From Octopus sinensis (taxonomy: Eukaryota): a stretch of 64,000 nt of DNA. The position numbers and the translations under genes are program-made. The DNA lies in NCBI RefSeq assembly GCF_006345805.1, contig NC_043013.1:18042001-18106000 (forward strand). Reading direction: 5' to 3'. Under the pieces are notes generated by a model. The model was not told the DNA's origin. It ran no database searches and saw only the letters and a program-made list of their open reading frames with translations. Shown piece after piece: positions 13,248 to 27,599 of this stretch (position 1 is the stretch's first letter; the number at the start of each line of letters is the position of its first letter).

Positions 13248-13437
13248 ATATATATATATGTATACATATATACGACAGGCTTCTTTCAGTTTCCGTCTAC
13301 CAAATCCACTCACAAGGCTTTGGTTGGCCCGAGGCTATAGTAGAAGACACTTGCCCGAGGTGCCATGTAGTGGGACTGAACCCGGAACCATGTGGTTGGT
13401 AAGCAAGCTACTTACCACACAGCCACTCCTATGCCTA
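12925..13437 (-). mobile_element. SINE family C with expanded (TA)n (about 13165-13260)
   Basis: Reverse complement of the 62149-62553 copy; explains track ORFs 12854-13599. Confidence 0.8.
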
Positions 13438-15465
13438 TATATATATATAGAGATAGAGAGAGAGAGTCTTTCAGTTTCCATCAACCACATCCGCTCACAA
13501 GGTTTTGGTCAGCCTGAGGCTATAGTAGAGAACGCTTGCCTAAGGTGCCACATAGTGGAATTGGACCCTGAGACACTTCCACAGCTTCATGCCTTCTAAC
13601 AGTGTGTATGCATTTAGTATGATACATGGATAACAATATATTTTGTCATATATTTGGAAAGCTACTTAGACAAGGTGAACAATTTAAAAGTTGAAATAAT
13701 GAATTTTGTTTTTGGTTCTAGAATAAAGTAAAGTCATTGATTAAAATTGTCGAAGGTGGCAGCTCAAACTGGCCATGACTGAAACCGATTAAAGATATGC
13801 TTGTATTCTTCATATACATGTATTTATAACCTGAAATTTCTTAATAGCAAGTCTAAAATATGTTTTGCTTTCAAATAGCTTAATTTTTGTCTATGTCTGA
13901 CTTTACCCTGTACAGGCTGACCAGTTGGTGATGATAATAATAATAATAATAATAATCATAATAATAAAAAAATGAAAAAAAAAATAATAAATGCAGTTTT
14001 TTTTCCAGTAGGTAACCAGTGAAGCTCAAACAAATTAAATTATTAAGTAAACTTTTAACAATTTTTTAAAATAGATTTTTCTCTTAAAATAAAGTTTAAA
14101 AAAAAACCAAAAAAAAAAAAAAAACAAGCAAGAGAAAGATCAGTCAACATATTTTATCATTTTTAAAATATTATTAAAACTATTGTGTTGCATGTGTGTG
14201 TGTGTGTGTGTGTGTGTTGAAAGCGTGTATGTGTGTGTGTGTGTGCGTGTGAGTGTGCTTGTGTGTGAGAAAGAGAAAACTATTTACATTGGAGATATTT
14301 CTCACACACACACACACACACCATAACATACATATTATATATACATACATTCATACAATTATATATATACACACACACACACTAACATACATATACATAA
14401 TATTCACACATACATATTTACACGTCTGCAGACATACATCACAAAATATATTTAAAAAAAGAGGGGGGTGGTAGTGATTCATTTGTGTGTGTGTGTGTGT
14501 ATTTATGTAGTATTTTGGGAGGGGAACACGGCAGCCTATATATATATATATATATAGGGGACATGGGATCTATATATATATTAAATAAGGGTTTGCAAAA
14601 ATCCAAGAAAAACCAAAGAGAGAAGAAAACTGTGTGGTTTATTAAGGAAGTGACACAATTGTGTAGAAGTAGTAGTAGTGGTGGTGGTGGTGGTGGTGAG
14701 GAGAGGAGAGGCGATGGTGTATAGTTTGTTTAAAGTTTAAATTTACATACATTACAACTTTTCTGTGGAAAGTCGTCATCATCATCATTATCATCAGCGT
14801 CGTTAGTTAATTAGCTACTCCCCCTGCCTATACCGCTGATCGAGATAGGAGAGATGGAGGAGGAGGGGGTGGGGGATTTACTTGTCCAGGGATGAAAAAG
14901 ATATTTGTGAGAGAGAACCATAACAACGGTAGCAACATCATTCAGTATTGTGGTGATGGTAATACTGATGGTGGTTGTGGTGGTGGTGGGGATGGTGATG
15001 TTTTTTTAACCCCCCCCATCCCAAGTCAACACACCTATGATCAAAGACATTCCGTCATTGACCATCCCCCCCATCCCAATATTTTTGAGGTATGTAGGAC
15101 TTGATATTTTCTCCAATCTAGTCCTTTCTTTCCCAAGGTGTGTACGAGGGAGATTTCACTGCTATTTTAGGCTCCCTTGTTGAGTGGCGGTAATGAGGCA
15201 GTATATCGTTGGGCAATGTACTTAAGATTCTACAAAGAAAATCCAGATTTTGGTCAACTCAGAGTTAGGAATGATGTCGAAAAGATAAAACTGATTGAAA
15301 GACAATGGAATCTATATATATATATATGCTGTATCAATACAGCATAATCTATCTATATATACTCTATCAATACATATATATGTATCAATATAATGTGTAA
15401 TTGATATATATATATATATACACACATATTCATTGTATTAATGAAGTGGAATTTATATATGTATT

Positions 15466-15625
15466 TATAAATAAGGACAATATCGAGAATACCACCATGC
15501 TGAAATAGCAGTCAAAACCCTGACCCTAAAAACCACCGCGATATGAACATTTCAGGTGGTTTTTAGGGTCAGGGTTTTGACTGCTATTTCGGCATGGTGG
15601 TATCTCTCAGATACCCTTATTTATA
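15466..15625. repeat. Palindromic MITE-like element
   Basis: 48-bp arms 15490-15537 / 15555-15602 with one mismatch, extended by TATAAATAAGG...CCTTATTTATA outer ends. Confidence 0.75.
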
Positions 15626-16057
15626 GTTTTATATATATATATATATATATATCAATATTAATACAATATAATATATGTACTGTATTTACACTGAAGAATC
15701 AATATAATGTAGTTTCTCAGTCAAAACAAAAAATTATTAAAAGGCAAATAAATAAAAGAATTTAGTTTTTCTAAATTGTGTGAAATTCTGCCAAAAAGAA
15801 GTTTGTATGATATTATTGTCAAAAGGGAGTTTCATATTGATAGAATTTTAATGGCAGATTCTTGGTCCTTGGAATAGATCAGAGGGAGTTTTTGTCTAAT
15901 AATTGCTTGGGCAGTCAATTAATCAAATTTTTTGTCATGTAACTAGCAAGAAATAACTGAAAGAGCCGTTATTGCAATTAGTCCTTAAAAGGTTATTTTA
16001 TATTAAGGCTAATGTAGAAGTACATTTGTGATTACAAAATCATTCTGGTTATCACTA

Positions 16058-16155
16058 TTTTATCAACCCTCAAAAGGCAAAGGCAACCAGCATTTTGTCC
16101 GAGTCGGACAAAACGCTGGTTGCCTTTGCCTTTTGTCCTTTTGGGGTTGATAAAA
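16058..16155. repeat. Near-perfect palindrome with 1-nt loop, built from SINE-A sequence
   Basis: CAAAAGGCAAAGGCAACCAGCATTTTGTCCGA-G-TCGGACAAAACGCTGGTTGCCTTTGCCTTTTG, with outer TTTTATCAACCC/GGGTTGATAAAA. Confidence 0.9.
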
Positions 16156-16794
16156 TAGGTATCAGTTTAACACTAGGGACTGACCCTCAGTGCTCAACTG
16201 GCCTTCTGCCAAAATTTGAAATTAGTATTATTACTATTACATAACCATTATTATTATAAAAAGTTCAAATTTTAGCATAGTGAAATGTGTTGTAAAGAAA
16301 CTACAAAGATTGTTTGTATTATACACACACATATATGCAGTGTATATATATATATATATGTAGTTTGTTAGTTTAAAACTTTTACCATATTGTCTAATTG
16401 TGTATAGTCTAAGGCAGTTTCTACTCAGGTGTTTTTCTATGTTTTTATACGGTTCTTGGTTTGTTCTTTTTGTCCATTAATACTTGTTTATTAAGATATA
16501 TATATAGAGAAGGAGAGAGAGGGAGGAGAGGTTCTATTCAGTTCACAGTTTATTTTCTTTCCTCCTCCTCCTCAATAATCAATGGAATGTTTTTTTTGGT
16601 TTGTTGACAATTCTCAACGCAGCACACACACAGAGAGGGGTATGAATCATGTGGTCTTTGGGTGCCTTTAATGAAGTCAACTCAGTTGCAAGGATTTGAT
16701 CCAAGTCTCTGGTTTGAAAACAAATTTCTCAATTTTCCCCACCAGTTTTAGAGGTGTTCCCCAAAAGAGTTCCATCCATGTGCCAGCAAGGCAG

Positions 16795-16835
16795 GATAAA
16801 TATATATATATACACACGCATACATACATATCTAT

Positions 16836-16867
<32 letters not shown>

Positions 16868-16901
16868 TTATACACACACACATACATACATACATATCTA
16901 T

Positions 16902-16948
<47 letters not shown>

Positions 16949-16959
16949 TCTATATATAT

Positions 16960-16996
<37 letters not shown>

Positions 16997-17035
16997 CATA
17001 CACATATATGTGTGTGAATGTATATATATATATTA
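16795..17035. repeat. Compound (TA)/(CA)/(TACA) microsatellite with internal duplication
   Basis: Seen directly; source of spurious YIYI/HTHT ORFs. Confidence 0.9.
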
Positions 17036-18099
17036 ACTGAAGTGTACAGTATTATATATCCATTACAACTGATCTTGCCAATCAGTTTCGTGCAAGGGAT
17101 TCAGCAGGGTGTTAGGTAACAGTCTGATTATGTAACCCTGTGCTCGTCAGAGGTAGCCATTATGGAATGAAATATGGCAACAGCCATATACATACATACA
17201 CGCATATACATTCATGCACACACACATACCCCTCTCCTGCCCTGCTCACTGAATCATTACTATCTTGTTGTCCAGACACTGCATTCTCCCCCTTCTCCTT
17301 CTTTATATTCACATGAAATCCCTACTCATGCACCTTTAGTAATGATCTAACATCCAATTTATATTCTCATCTCCATACCTTGAGAGCATGCCCTGGCACA
17401 TTGCCACCATCTCTCCCTCCACATGTGGTAACCATGTATCCCCTCAACAGCAAGATATTTACTTCTGTCCTTCTGTCATACTTTAATCTCTCATACCTAG
17501 CACAAAGCCACCTCCTCCAGTACTCCCCCCGTCTCAAAGGATCTTTCTCTTGCAAGTTACTTGGTGACTTCACTGGTGCTGGTGCCATGTAGAAAGCATC
17601 CAGTCCACACTGTAAAGTGGTTGGCATTTGGAAGGGTATCCAGCTGTAAAAAAAAAAAAAAACCATGCCAAAGCAGACCTAGCTGGTGCTGGTGCCCTAT
17701 AAAAGGCACCCAGCCCACTTTGTGAAGTGGTTGGTGTTAGGAAGGGCACCCAGCAGTAAAAACCATGCCAAAGCAGACCATACCAGTGGTGGTGCCACAT
17801 GAAATGCACCCAGTCCAATCTGTAAAGTAGTTGGTGTTAGGAAGGGGGTCCAGCTATAAAAATCATGCCAGCATGGAAAACGGACATTAAATGATGATGA
17901 TGATGATGACACACACACATACCGCCACCACCACCACCCTCAAATTAAAAGAAAAAAAAACAAGACTCAAAATTTCGTGGTGAAAAATAATATTTAGTAA
18001 AAAAATAAGAACTACAATATTAACAAAAAACAACAATAATAACAACAAACATAAATAGCAACTAATTTTGGATAAAAAACTTGGCTGTGTGTGAATGAA

Positions 18100-18140
<41 letters not shown>

Positions 18141-19289
18141 ATGAATGTTTGTTTCTGGTAAATAGAGATTGTATTACAAAGTGATGGTTCTGTTTAGTTC
18201 TTTTCCCTTGACTGTAGACATCAGAAAAATTGAAAAAGTTATGACTGACATGGATTGAGAAATATGACTGATGTGGGTTGAGAGTTATGACTGACAATGA
18301 ATTGAGAAATGTTTGATGTTAATGGTATCAATGTGATAATTTCCTCTTGATCCATTGATGCGTACAGGTTGAAGGAAAGACCAAATGAACCAAAATTAGG
18401 ACAATACAATCCTCATTTACCTTAAATAAATATCAAGCCCTACATATTTCTGGTAGTGCAGTGGTTTCCAACCTTCATTAGGATGCAGGTCCTTAAGAAG
18501 GGGAGGAGAAATAAAGAGGCCAGAATAATTAAAACCCCTAAAACCTCCAACAAGAATTAAAAAAAAAAAAAAACCTTGATTCTAGACATTTTACAGAACA
18601 AAAATGAAAGTAGAAAGGTGAGTGTGTGTGGGGGGAAATAGAAATGTAGCTTTTTGGTGTCTGACCAGCAGACTGGTGGATGGGCAATAGTTTACATTAG
18701 ATTGGGTGGATTCGGGTGTTAAGGGGTGGAACAGAGAAGAAAGATTGAGAAGAAATGTTGTCAATACAACTCCTAGAAAGGATTATACAGTGGTTGTCAT
18801 CACAACATTGAGGTTTCTCCCTCTCCCTAGAAGAGTTTTATTTCACACTGAATGGACGGTGGGCAGGAAACAATGATAGCATTTACAAACTGGGGCTATT
18901 TTTAAAGGCCATTCAACCATCCATTGAGTCAACTGTCCAATCATCCATCTGTCCATCCACCCCATTTTATGTCGTTGACAAAACAGCCCCTTCACATCAC
19001 CTCAAATGAAGAAATACGCTTATTTATGAAGAACAAAACCCTCACCACATACACACACACACACATACATACACATGCACACACAACAGCAACATCATCT
19101 TCCTGATAAGCAATTCTTCAATCTTCAACACAAAACAATCATTTTTTAAAATTATAATTACTGTGTCTTCACTGTCTCTTCTCTCACCACTACTACAGCA
19201 GCCTCTGCTCCTCTCATCTTTCTCACCACATCAATCTAAACACACTTGTTTCTGGCCTTCTCACAACATCCACAATTAGCAATTTCAAC

Positions 19290-20940
19290 ACAGAAAGGCA
19301 AAAGTTGACCTAGTCGAGATTTGAACTCAGAACACGTGATTTAGGCTGATGCTCTACTATTTCTGTTAAACAGCAATAACAACGATGATGATGAGTTCAT
19401 ACATAGGCACAAGGTCCTCAATTTTTGGGAAGGGGAGGAGATGGGGGACAATATCATATCAACCCCATTGCTTCACTTTATCAACCTTGGAAGGAATAAA
19501 GGCAAAGTTGACCTCAGTGGGAATTGAGCTCTGGTAGAAAAACACCTTGGTATATAACTGGTACTTGTTTTATCAATCACTGATAATCAAAAATGAGGTC
19601 AACAATGGCAGGATTTCACCTCAGAATACAGACGGACCATAAGTCATCTGGGTAGTTGTTTTCCTGATTCTAATAATTAGACACTCTTCCATAATAATAA
19701 CAATAATTGCTTCTAGTTTAGACACAAGGCCAGCAATTTTGAGGGGAGGGCATTAATTGATTAAATTAACCCCAGTACTTTGTTGGAGTTTTATTATACT
19801 GACGTTGGAAGGATGAGAGGTGAAGTTGACCATGGCATGATTTGAGCTCAGAATGTTGAGTGTCAGAAGAAACACAAGGCATTTTATCTGATGTTCTACT
19901 GGATGATTTCTAACATAGGCACAAGGTTACACATTGTTTTAGCTCAACCCCAGTACGTGACTGGTACATTTTAGCAATCCCAGAATATATAAAAAAAAAA
20001 GTTAAACTTGGTAGGAATTGAACTTAAAACAAGAAAGATTGTAACTAATGATATTTTGTCTGATGCCCCATACATTATGCCAACCTAATTGTTTGTAATA
20101 ATTGTTTCTAGTAAAGGTACAGGGCCTGAAATTTTGGGAGAAGGGGGTAAGTCAATACCATCAACCTCAGTAATTGTTGGCCACTTTATTTTATCATCCT
20201 CAAAAAGATGAAAAGCAAAGTTGGTATCAGTAGGATTTGAACTTATAAGATTAAAAAGCTCGAGTAAATACTGCAAAGCATTTTTACCAATACCCAAGTG
20301 ATTCTGCCATTTTACTGCTCTATATAATAATCCTTTCTATTAAAGGCACAGGGCCTGAAACTTGCGGGGACGGGACTAGTCTATTACATCCAACCCCAGT
20401 GTTTCACTGGTACTTAATATATTGACCCTGAAAGGATGAAAGGCAAAGTTGGCCTCAGTGGAATTTGAACTCAGAATGTAGAGCTCAGTCAGACAAAATC
20501 CTACTAAGCATTTTGTCTGGTGTGCTAACGATTCTGCCAGTTTGTCACCTTAATGATAATAATAATTCTTTCTACAGTAGATACAAGGCCTGAAATTTCA
20601 AGGGATATATCTATAGTCGATTACACTAACACCCACTGTTTGAGTGGTGCTTATATTACTGACCCTGAAAGGATGAAAGGCAAAGTCAATCCTGGCACAA
20701 TTTGAACTCAGAATGTTAAGAGTCTGTTAAGTATTTTGTCTAACATGCTAATGATTCTGCCAGCTTGCTATTCTTTTCCTACTAAAGGCAGAACGCCTCA
20801 AATTTTGTGGGACGGGGATTGGTCAATTACATCAACTACAGAGCTCAACTTATGCTTATTTTACCAACCCTGAAAGGATGAGAGACAAAACTGACCTCGG
20901 TGGAATTTAAAATCAGAATGTTAAGAACCAGAAAGAATTT
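19290..20940 (-). mobile_element. Head-to-tail array of about 9 diverged SINE-A copies (about 200-bp period)
   Basis: GAAAGGATGAAAGGCAAAGTT/CGACC..GAATTTGAACTCAGAA-like core near 19295, 19490, 19590, 19810, 19995, 20205, 20430, 20670 and 20870, all in the same orientation. Confidence 0.8.
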
Positions 20941-21833
20941 TGCTTTTAGTCACCATTATCAGTGTAAGGTCTTTAAGCTTATGCTGTCCTTTTATTCAGC
21001 CACTTCACATAACATAAAACCCTAATTTCACCCTATTTACAAAGTTGAAGTGATTATTATAATGTTGGTAATAATAATAAAAAAAAAGGTCTTTTAATGA
21101 TATATACCTAACTATAAAATACAATTTCTCACACAAATATTAATTTAAATCTGTAATCCTGATGTAGTGTTTGGTGTCCACTGACTGAAACTCTAGTTTA
21201 AGATGAAGAATGTTGAAAGGGATTAGGGCACACTCTATGCAAATGAATAATTAGTGTTACTGGTCAGGTCTTTTATGGGATCACCATGGAAAACAATAAG
21301 AATTACCTAGTGTAGGGTCCAACACATAGGGAGGAAGGGAGAGAGAGAGAGTGAATCGTGGATGTATTGTTGGGTTATCAGTGAAAGTTTTCATCCACAG
21401 ACAGACAAGTTGAAGTGGCTCAGTGGTGCCAGCCAGGCTCCCAACCTAGTGACAATAATCACAAATTAAAGGCCCACGAGAAACTAATTCAGTGCAATGA
21501 ATTGGGTGACACTCGAACCTGTATCATACTTAATAACTTACACACAGCTTAGTACCACCACTTAATAGAGTTCAAATATGAAATAACAATTCTAATAGAT
21601 TTCCCCATCAATAAATTAAAAGCAAAACTAATTTTTAATCATTGTATAAAACCCAAAGAAAGCCTAAAATATGGACATTTTTAGTTGTTGTCATTAAATT
21701 CCTTGTTTCATAAATTTTCAAAGCTCTTTGACCAAAAAATTATTTTATGTTGTGTTTAGCAATGTTACTAAATAATCTTTCTATAAGAAACCGAAAAATT
21801 GTGTCGGAAGCTTGGAGTAACGCAGAACATACA

Positions 21834-21865
<32 letters not shown>

Positions 21866-23411
21866 CATGGACACTCCTGTCGTTAGATGATGTATGAGGG
21901 AACAACCACGCAGATAATTTGTTTAGAGTGACCAAATGTTTGTGTAAGCATAAGCTCACTCCCTCCATCAAATTGACATATGGTACAGGTGCAACATATG
22001 CCACATGTCAGATGATGGAATGGTTGTGTGTGTGTGTATATATGTAGATATATATATATATATGCATACATATATGATCAGTTAGTTGTCCATAAGTCAG
22101 AAATAAAAGCACATTCAATGTAAGAGCAGATATATTTTTATATCATCAGGCAGTATATTACTAGTTGAAAGGCATATAACTGGTCAAAATGTTACTTTTG
22201 GTTTTGGACAAATATTGTCACAATACAGTAAAATTCTGAGAAGCTATATTTGCTATTCCCAATAATATACTGGTTGATGATGATGATGATAGATATATAT
22301 ATATATATATGCATACACACACAACTGATTCAAAATAGTATATAAATGGCAGGAAAAGTTAGAACTCATTATCTCATTTTGAGTAAGGAATTCAAAGTAT
22401 CTTACTGCCCATAAACAGTAGTTGGTTGGTGATTGGGCTGACTAAATGGTAAACTAATTCTACTACACAATAGATGTGCGTATTTATCATCATTTAACGT
22501 CTACCTATCTCTCTCTACATATATATATAGCTGAATGGGCAGGAATATTAAAGAACTGCCTTGAACTGGGGAGCATATTGAATTCCAGGACAGAAGTCTT
22601 TGGACCCTGCTTACATTTCAGGAGATTCCTTCTGAAATCCTGAGATTCACAAGCTGACCAGGTCGATTAGGGATAGTAGCCTAAGGGTTCACGTGTTCAA
22701 CAACTAGCCAAGAGATCTTTTCTCCTTCCACTTTGAAGGGAGGGTTTAGGCCACTGGCCATTAGCGTCTGAAGAGATGCTGTAAACCTAAGAGCTTTATG
22801 AATGTGAAACCCTGGGTAACCCCATAGACTAGCCTTAACTATCTTTATCATACACACATACACATGTATATAGGCTTTTGTTGGAACAAATGTCTTTACA
22901 GATGGATACCATTCTAAAATGAAATGTAATAAACTTTTGCAGAAAGATAATTATATCTTAATCAATTATGAAGATTTTGTGTATGATTCTGGAATCGGGA
23001 TCTTTCTTTCCTCTCTCTAACCTCTCTAAACAACATGGCTACTCCAAGAGGATGAGATCAGTTTAAGGCTATGTATCATTATAAAGAATTCTGAAGAGAG
23101 TAATTCCTTTTCTCTTTTGTGTAACTGGAGAAAAAAAAAAAAGGGACCTCCTCTCCCAAAAAACCCTCACCTACATTTCCTCATAGCACCCCCACCTGTA
23201 TGTACCTTCATTCTGTTCTGCTTTCCTCCAAACATTAAGACAGCAATAACTATTTTAAGAAAGATGAAAGCAGAATGCAAGAACTCACACGTCTTTGCAC
23301 AGTTGCAATACTTTGAACACAACAAATACTCTTTTGGTCAAACAGATTCCTAAAAATGTCTGAAAATATGGTCATTGTCTTAGAGTTGTTTTTGTACAAT
23401 TTTTTTTTTGA

Positions 23412-23746
23412 CCCCCTTCGGTCAGACACTGACCATGGGTTTGCACCTAGAGAGTTACCCTCTGAGGCACAAGTCTGGGCAAGGTTGTTTTATGGAAGAC
23501 CAGCAGTCGCCCATGCATACCGGTCTCCCCTCTCCACATCACCGATGTCGTCCAAGGGAAAGGCAAGGGCCGATACAGCTTGGCACCTGTGACGTCGCAA
23601 CTCATTTCTACAGCTGAGTGAACTGGAGCAACGTGAAATAAAGTGTCTTGCTCAAGAACACAACACGCAGCCCGGTCCGGGATTCGAGCTCACAACCTCA
23701 TGATCGTAAGCTCGACGCTCTAACCACTGAGCCACGCGCCTTCACA
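23412..23746 (-). mobile_element. tRNA-derived SINE family D
   Basis: Minus-strand head GTGAAGGCGCGTGGCTCAGTGGTTAGAGCG (A-box) and B-box-like CTCGAATCCC; copies at 35015-35325 and 50315-50646. Confidence 0.85.
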
Positions 23747-26700
23747 ATTACTACTGCTGATAAATGATAGTGGGAATGGCAAAGATAATTTTCCTCTTTC
23801 ATATGAGCTTTATCACACACTCTTACGGTGCCATGCAGTGGGACTGAACCCAGAACCATGTGGTTGGTAAGCAAGCTACTTACCACACAGCCACTCCTGC
23901 GCCTATATATATATGTATATGTGACATAGACATCTTACAGATACATGTATCAATACACATTCACACTAGGCATATAACTAGTATTTATTTAACCAACCCT
24001 TGAAGGGATGAAAGTAGAAAACCCGGGTAGGATCTGAAGCGAGAACATGAGGCACTGATACTGAATATAGTCAAGTCTTAGAGTTTGGTACCCTGGGTAA
24101 ATATTTCAATTAGTCCCAGGTCAGACCTGACTGAGTGGATCTATGACCAAAGATGTTCCAGCATCACTTCCCTTCTTCTATCACTGGATATTGCATATCT
24201 GAAACCTCATCAGTGAAAGTTGTCCCTTTCCCAAAAGTGGTACAGTAATTTGAGGAGTATTGGCTGCTATTTCTAGTGTGTTAGATGACACCAATGCATC
24301 ATTTGCTGGCTATTTAATATCATGGTATTTTATAAGAAATGTAATGAGCCACAGATCAGCTTCCCTTCATGAAATGTGAGAGTCACTGCAGAGCCATAGC
24401 CTTCACATGAGCGAAGTAGATAGTTCAGTAAATTCTATGAGTGAGAGAGAGGTGGGTGGGTGGAAACAACCTGTTTATATTTTACATTTCTTGCTGGAGG
24501 TATGGGAATAAAATTATATTTGTGGAAATCTTATACCTGACCATGTAAGATAAATTAGAGTATGTAGAAAAAACTATTTTATTTAGCTTAAAATCTTTAG
24601 TTTGTTACCCCCAAAATATATTTTAATATTAAAATCAATTAAAAATGTACGATTGAAAATTAAAATCTAAAATTGAAGATTATTTCCCCAAATCCATTTA
24701 TGAATATTGTTTTCATGTATATATATTGCAAGAAATATTCCATATTTTCTGAAAACTTTTCAAGAATCAGACAACTCAGATAAAAGACCAAACTGATTCT
24801 AAGTTTAAAACCAGAATTTAAAATTCAATATTCACTTTCCATTTAAAATACACCAAGTTATTGTTTGTTTAACAAATTTCCTCAGATTTTCCCCCAAACT
24901 TCAGAATTAAATTCAGGCATATTTTTGCTCCAATGAAATACATAAATACTAATTTATAAATTTTTCTGGGCTCAACTCTGCACCAAATACCATCCCAATA
25001 TGTAATTTTCATAGCTAACCCATTTTTTTTTTTTTCTATTTAAGGCATTCATTTTTTGATAATTGTACAGACTTGCTCAAGTGAGTCCTAAGACTAATTG
25101 GGGTGTCAATGAGCCTCTCTCCCTATCTTCATCTCAATATAACTGTATCAGACAGTCTGGTAGCTACCAGTTATTTGCATAGCGATTGGTTTCATTACTC
25201 ATCACAAGCCGTGGGAGGGATTCTGGAGAGAAGCATTTCCCCCCGTCAGGATGTCTAAATAATGGCAGAACTGGAGAAATAAGCTTAAAACTAGTGATAA
25301 AGAATTATTTTGTCCAACAGAACTGGACAAACGAGTTTAAAGATAATCACAGTGTAAAGAAAAATCAACTAGGCTAACAAGATTTGAAACATTAATCTGG
25401 TATTTTACATACACACATATATACACATAGATTTTTATACTCTTTTAGGCATAAACACACACACGCACGCACACAAACAGGCACCATGAGTGGCCTAGTC
25501 ATCAGAGTGGTGGATTGTATACCTTTTGATATCTGTTCTGGCTCTCTGAAGTTTTGAGGTCAACTTTGCCTTTCACCCCTTTTAGAACCAGTCTAGGGCA
25601 GTGGAACGGTGGCTTTGTTAGAGTGTTAGATGAGAGGTCTTGTGGTATTTGTCCCTGATCTTTCTACTATAAATTGAAAGATATTCAGATAGAACATAAA
25701 CATAGATTGGTAGTGGTACAGAGATAGTTATATAATTAAGTTATTTCCTTTGCAAATATTAAGTTACGACTATGAAAGCTAGAAAACTTCATACACAGAA
25801 TATGAAGACTGGACTCAGTATAGAGATGGTTTAATATCAAAGTGACTCACCTCTCCTTCTCACGGGACCAACTTTATTGTAAAGAAGCCAACTGAGGGCA
25901 GTGGCAGGATATATATATATATATGTGTGTGTGTACATACATACACACACACAACCCTCTCCACATCAATAGGTTTTTAACCAATAGTTAGGCATTAAAG
26001 TTAGCCAAACCCTCCTCCCATGGGGTCACCATAAACCAGATCAATGACAGGGTACATACCAATGTCACTATTCTCAGCTAAGTCAGATGTTGTTCAGTGA
26101 AAGTTATCACAGGACAAATTTAATGTTAAACTTTCAAATTATTATATCTGTTGAAAGTAAAAAAATCTGGCATTCTTAGAAGAACATGTGAAATTACTGT
26201 AGATGAAATAAAATTCAGTGGAAATTGGTCCAAGAGAAGAAACAGGAAGGGTCAAAGGTATTATCACATATCTGTATGCCTGGTGGACCTAAACCAGAAC
26301 ATTCTCTCAGTGAGTGGTGGGAATAATGTACTGAAAGTCATATGTAATGACAGTTTGTTCTGAGTTTCATTTTAGTACCTAGCCTGCTCTTATACGTATA
26401 CACACAGGTGTGCATATAGCAAAAAGCCAGTCTAGATGTGAGGCCTGTCACTGAGAGAGTTTATAGAATTCAATAGTGTCTTTGGCAATTCACAGAACTT
26501 ACAACACAATGCTCACACAATTTCACACACACACACTAGTGAATAAAGAATTACTTTCCCTGTTAAACACATTTGCACTCTCTCAACAAATCATTGATAT
26601 CTCCCTTATCGTTTTTTTTTGTTAAATTAAGTAACCCAAAGGGGAGGTTTTGTCTACTAATTGCTTGGATAACTCCAATTGATCTATTTTTTTTGAAATT

Positions 26701-27565
26701 TAGTGTTACATATATACGACCCTGCCATGTATATGTATGTGTCTATAACTGATGTGAATCCAAGTATATATTTAATTTAAATGTAGAAAATACTTGAATA
26801 AAAGCCGGTTATAAAATAAAAACTTAAAAAAACAAAAAAACAAAAAAAAACAGAAACTCCAAGGTTTCTCATTTAAGGAGTTATAATGATGAGTTGAAGA
26901 TTATTGGGAGGGAGAGGAAGAGAAAGGGGAAAGGAAGAGAAGAATGAGGAAAAAAACACAAAACATCAACTTCAAACACTGAAACTGTACTGCACAAGGC
27001 AACAAAATCGTTTGGTGAAATAAATCAGAGAAATAGACGTAGAGGGATGACATAATGTTTAGTGTTTGACTCTGTGTGTGTGTGTGTGTGTTCATTTGTA
27101 TACCATACTTAATGTAGATATACTGTAAGAAAGCTAAAACAGTGATGCTAAGATGCCCTTTCAAGATGAATACCATAGCATTGCGGATTTCTTACAGTAT
27201 ATCTATGTTAAGTAAGATATACATATTACTATTCTGAATAAATACTCTTTTCATCGCCAATAACGAATTTATGTGTGTGTGTCTGAGAAATTAGGGAGAA
27301 AAAAAGAAAATCTAGAGAACCCCAACAACAAGGGAGATAAACAATTATTTGCTTCAACTTATTCTGTGATGTTGGAAAACAAGGAATTAAAAAGTTTTGT
27401 GAACATCAGTAAATTAATACATATTAAGTTACTGAGATGATAATAAAGTTTAAAAGAAAACCAATAAAAACAATAAAATATATAGGGGCGATGGTAAATT
27501 GCAGAAGCATCAGACAGTATAATAAATAAATAAAGACATCTGCAAATATTTCTGAGTTTCAGGAA

Positions 27566-27599
<34 letters not shown>

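Noticed and set aside
13068-13340. Long [10 protein letters not shown] ORFs here and at 16677-17040, 49332-49857, 51057-51553 and 62018-62389
   Set aside because: Translations of microsatellites and SINE-C; not genes.
23412-23746. tRNA-like sequence (A and B boxes)
   Set aside because: It is the head of a multi-copy SINE, followed by a non-tRNA body, with no complete cloverleaf.
25173-25189. Octamer ATTTGCAT next to ATTGG
   Set aside because: Octamers occur several times in this AT-rich window (for example about 5456, 6187, 21238); no associated TSS or gene.
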